DNA of 32,000 nt from Tannockella kyphosi (GTDB taxonomy: Bacteria; Bacillota_I; Bacilli_A; Erysipelotrichales; Coprobacillaceae). This document shows, in pieces, positions 30,319 through 32,000 of the stretch. Positions within the stretch are counted from its first letter, which is position 1, and each line of letters opens with the position of its first letter. Location of the stretch: NCBI RefSeq assembly GCF_021054785.1, contig NZ_CP088239.1, positions 180,001-212,000 of the forward strand. The letters run 5' to 3'. The translations under genes were made by a program, and so were the position numbers. The notes beneath the pieces are model-generated. The model was not told the origin of the DNA. It did no database searches and was given only the letters and a program-made list of their open reading frames with translations.

Positions 30319-32000
30319 ATGTATATTATATCAGTTTTAATCGAACATCCAGTTCAATCATTAGATATGACTTTTGATTACTTATCTGATTATGTTATCG
30401 GGTTACATCATCGTGTTTCTATTATGTTTCATCATCAAAAGATTATTGGTTATGTGATGGATGTCCAGTATACAAATAAAACAAGAGAAGAACTAGAACT
30501 TGAAAATGGTTTTCATTATCAAATGATTTTAGATGTATTAGATGATATGCCAGTGCTAAATGAAGAACTACGTAGTTTATCTATTACCTTATCAAAACTA
30601 TCATTAGCCACTAGAATGGCATGTATTCAGGCGATGTTACCAAGTCAATTAAAACCTAAAAAAGGGAAACATACTGGAATTCAATATGAACGTATTGTTA
30701 TTGGAAATCTAGGTTTTGCTTTAAAAACAACAAAACAACAAGAAGCATATCAATATATCCTAGATCATCCAAGTAGTCTAATAAAAAATATTCCGTATAG
30801 TAAAGCATTATTAGATAATATGGTAAAACAAGGAGCTATTGAATATCATCAAATAGAAAAATATCGCATACCACAAAATACAGCATTTATAAAAAAAGTT
30901 CATACTTTGTCTAAAGAACAACAGTATATTGTAGAAGATATAAGTAAAAAAGATACTTATGGTGTTAATCTTTTACATGGAGTAACAGGTGCTGGTAAGA
31001 GTGAAGTATATGTTCAAATAGCTAAAAATATTGTAAAAAAAGGAAAAACAGTGATTGTATTAGTGCCAGAAATAGCACTAACACCGATGATGATTGCTTT
31101 ATTTAAGAGTCATTTTGATCAAAATGTTGCAATATTACACTCTAAATTATCTAGTGGAGAAAGGTATGATGAATATCGTCGTATTCAAAACAAAGAAGTA
31201 TCGATTGTAGTAGGGGCTAGAAGTGCTATTTTTGCTCCTTTAGAAAATATTGGACTTATTGTAATGGATGAAGAGCATGATAGCAGTTATAAACAAACAA
31301 CGACTCCTCGTTATCACTGTTTAGAAATAGCAAAAATACGTGCCAAGACACATCAATGTCCTATCTTACTAGCAAGTGCCACACCATCCTTAGAATCTTA
31401 TTATCGAGCATTGGAAGGATTTTATGATTTATACACATTAGAAAACAGAATCAACCAACAACCTCTACCACCAATAGAATTTGTTTCCATGGAAAAAGAA
31501 ATGCGAGATGGCAATTATAGTTTACTATCTAGAAAATTAGTTAACCAATTACAAGCTTGCATTGATTCAGGGAATCAAGCAATCTTATTATTAAACCAGA
31601 GAGGTTACGCAAATCATATTCGTTGCTTAGATTGCAATACAGTTGTAAAGTGTCCACATTGTGATATTAGCTTAACCTATCATCACGATACCAAACAATT
31701 ACATTGTCATTATTGTGACTATCGTCAACCTTATACAAACACTTGTCCAACTTGTCAATCTAGCAATATGAAGTTAGTTGGAACGGGAACTCAAAAAATG
31801 GAAGAAATACTAGCACAAGAATTAGAAAATGCAACAATTATTCGTTATGACTATGATTCTACAAGAAACAAACAAGGACATCAAAAATTATTAGATCGAT
31901 TTAAAAACAAAGAAGCAAATATTTTATTAGGGACACAAATGATTGCCAAAGGATTAGATTTTCCAGATGTAACACTAGTAGGTGTTATTAATGCGGATAT
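30319..32000 (+). CDS. priA: primosomal replication-restart helicase PriA, 3' end outside window (not in ORF track because no stop codon is reached)
   Basis: My own translation starts at the ATG at 30319, after GAAAGGTGGTGG. Motifs: Walker A LLHGVTGAGKSEVY, DEAH-like VMDEEHDSSYKQ, and Zn-binding Cys clusters CLDCNTVVKCPHCD...CHYCDY...CPTCQS. The frame stays open to the end of the window. Confidence 0.92.
   Translation, partial: MYIISVLIEHPVQSLDMTFDYLSDYVIGLHHRVSIMFHHQKIIGYVMDVQYTNKTREELELENGFHYQMILDVLDDMPVLNEELRSLSITLSKLSLATRMACIQAMLPSQLKPKKGKHTGIQYERIVIGNLGFALKTTKQQEAYQYILDHPSSLIKNIPYSKALLDNMVKQGAIEYHQIEKYRIPQNTAFIKKVHTLSKEQQYIVEDISKKDTYGVNLLHGVTGAGKSEVYVQIAKNIVKKGKTVIVLVPEIALTPMMIALFKSHFDQNVAILHSKLSSGERYDEYRRIQNKEVSIVVGARSAIFAPLENIGLIVMDEEHDSSYKQTTTPRYHCLEIAKIRAKTHQCPILLASATPSLESYYRALEGFYDLYTLENRINQQPLPPIEFVSMEKEMRDGNYSLLSRKLVNQLQACIDSGNQAILLLNQRGYANHIRCLDCNTVVKCPHCDISLTYHHDTKQLHCHYCDYRQPYTNTCPTCQSSNMKLVGTGTQKMEEILAQELENATIIRYDYDSTRNKQGHQKLLDRFKNKEANILLGTQMIAKGLDFPDVTLVGVINAD

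Noticed and set aside
1-32000. Looked for CRISPR arrays, transposases/integrases, IS inverted repeats, phage genes, tRNA/rRNA, restriction-modification or known defence-system genes
   Set aside because: None found. All long ORFs are accounted for by housekeeping or envelope functions. The only tandem repeats are the coding poly-Ser units, and no GC-rich structured RNA genes are visible.

Overview
AT-rich segment (roughly one-third G+C by eye) from the chromosome of a low-GC Gram-positive bacterium (Bacillota). A CotD-like gene and the gene order hint at a spore-forming Erysipelotrichia- or Clostridia-like lineage, but this cannot be verified here. All calls come from reading motifs by eye; no searches were run. 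The content is mostly core or housekeeping. It includes two RluA-family pseudouridine synthases, a SEDS (RodA/FtsW) protein, an M29 aminopeptidase, prfC, and the infC-rpmI-rplT operon with an L20-type leader. It also includes a YfcE-like phosphoesterase, nnr, pgeF, rqcH, gmk and the 5' part of priA. Between these sit cell-envelope genes: two tandem membrane-anchored Ig-like/Big_2/CAP-domain paralogs, an Ig-like-repeat NlpC/P60 hydrolase, a GH25 muramidase, and two paralogous MacB/FtsX-type ABC systems. I saw no rRNA, tRNA, CRISPR, transposase, integrase or phage genes, and no recognisable defence island. The items most worth a second look are listed here. (1) An intact, full-length P1B-type ATPase homolog has lost every catalytic and ion-binding motif and its nucleotide-binding domain. 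(2) An FtsX-family permease carries a ~200-aa coiled coil in its extracellular domain and sits next to an NlpC/P60 hydrolase that lacks one. (3) A membrane-tethered degenerate PTS-EIIB domain is followed by a terminator built on its stop codon and then a 724-aa cytoplasmic Sel1-repeat protein that overlaps pepS. (4) Two palindromic divergent promoter regions may be operators. (5) An orphan minus-strand SD, 4-codon mini-ORF and strong terminator lie in a 360-nt gap. (6) There are several small standalone genes.
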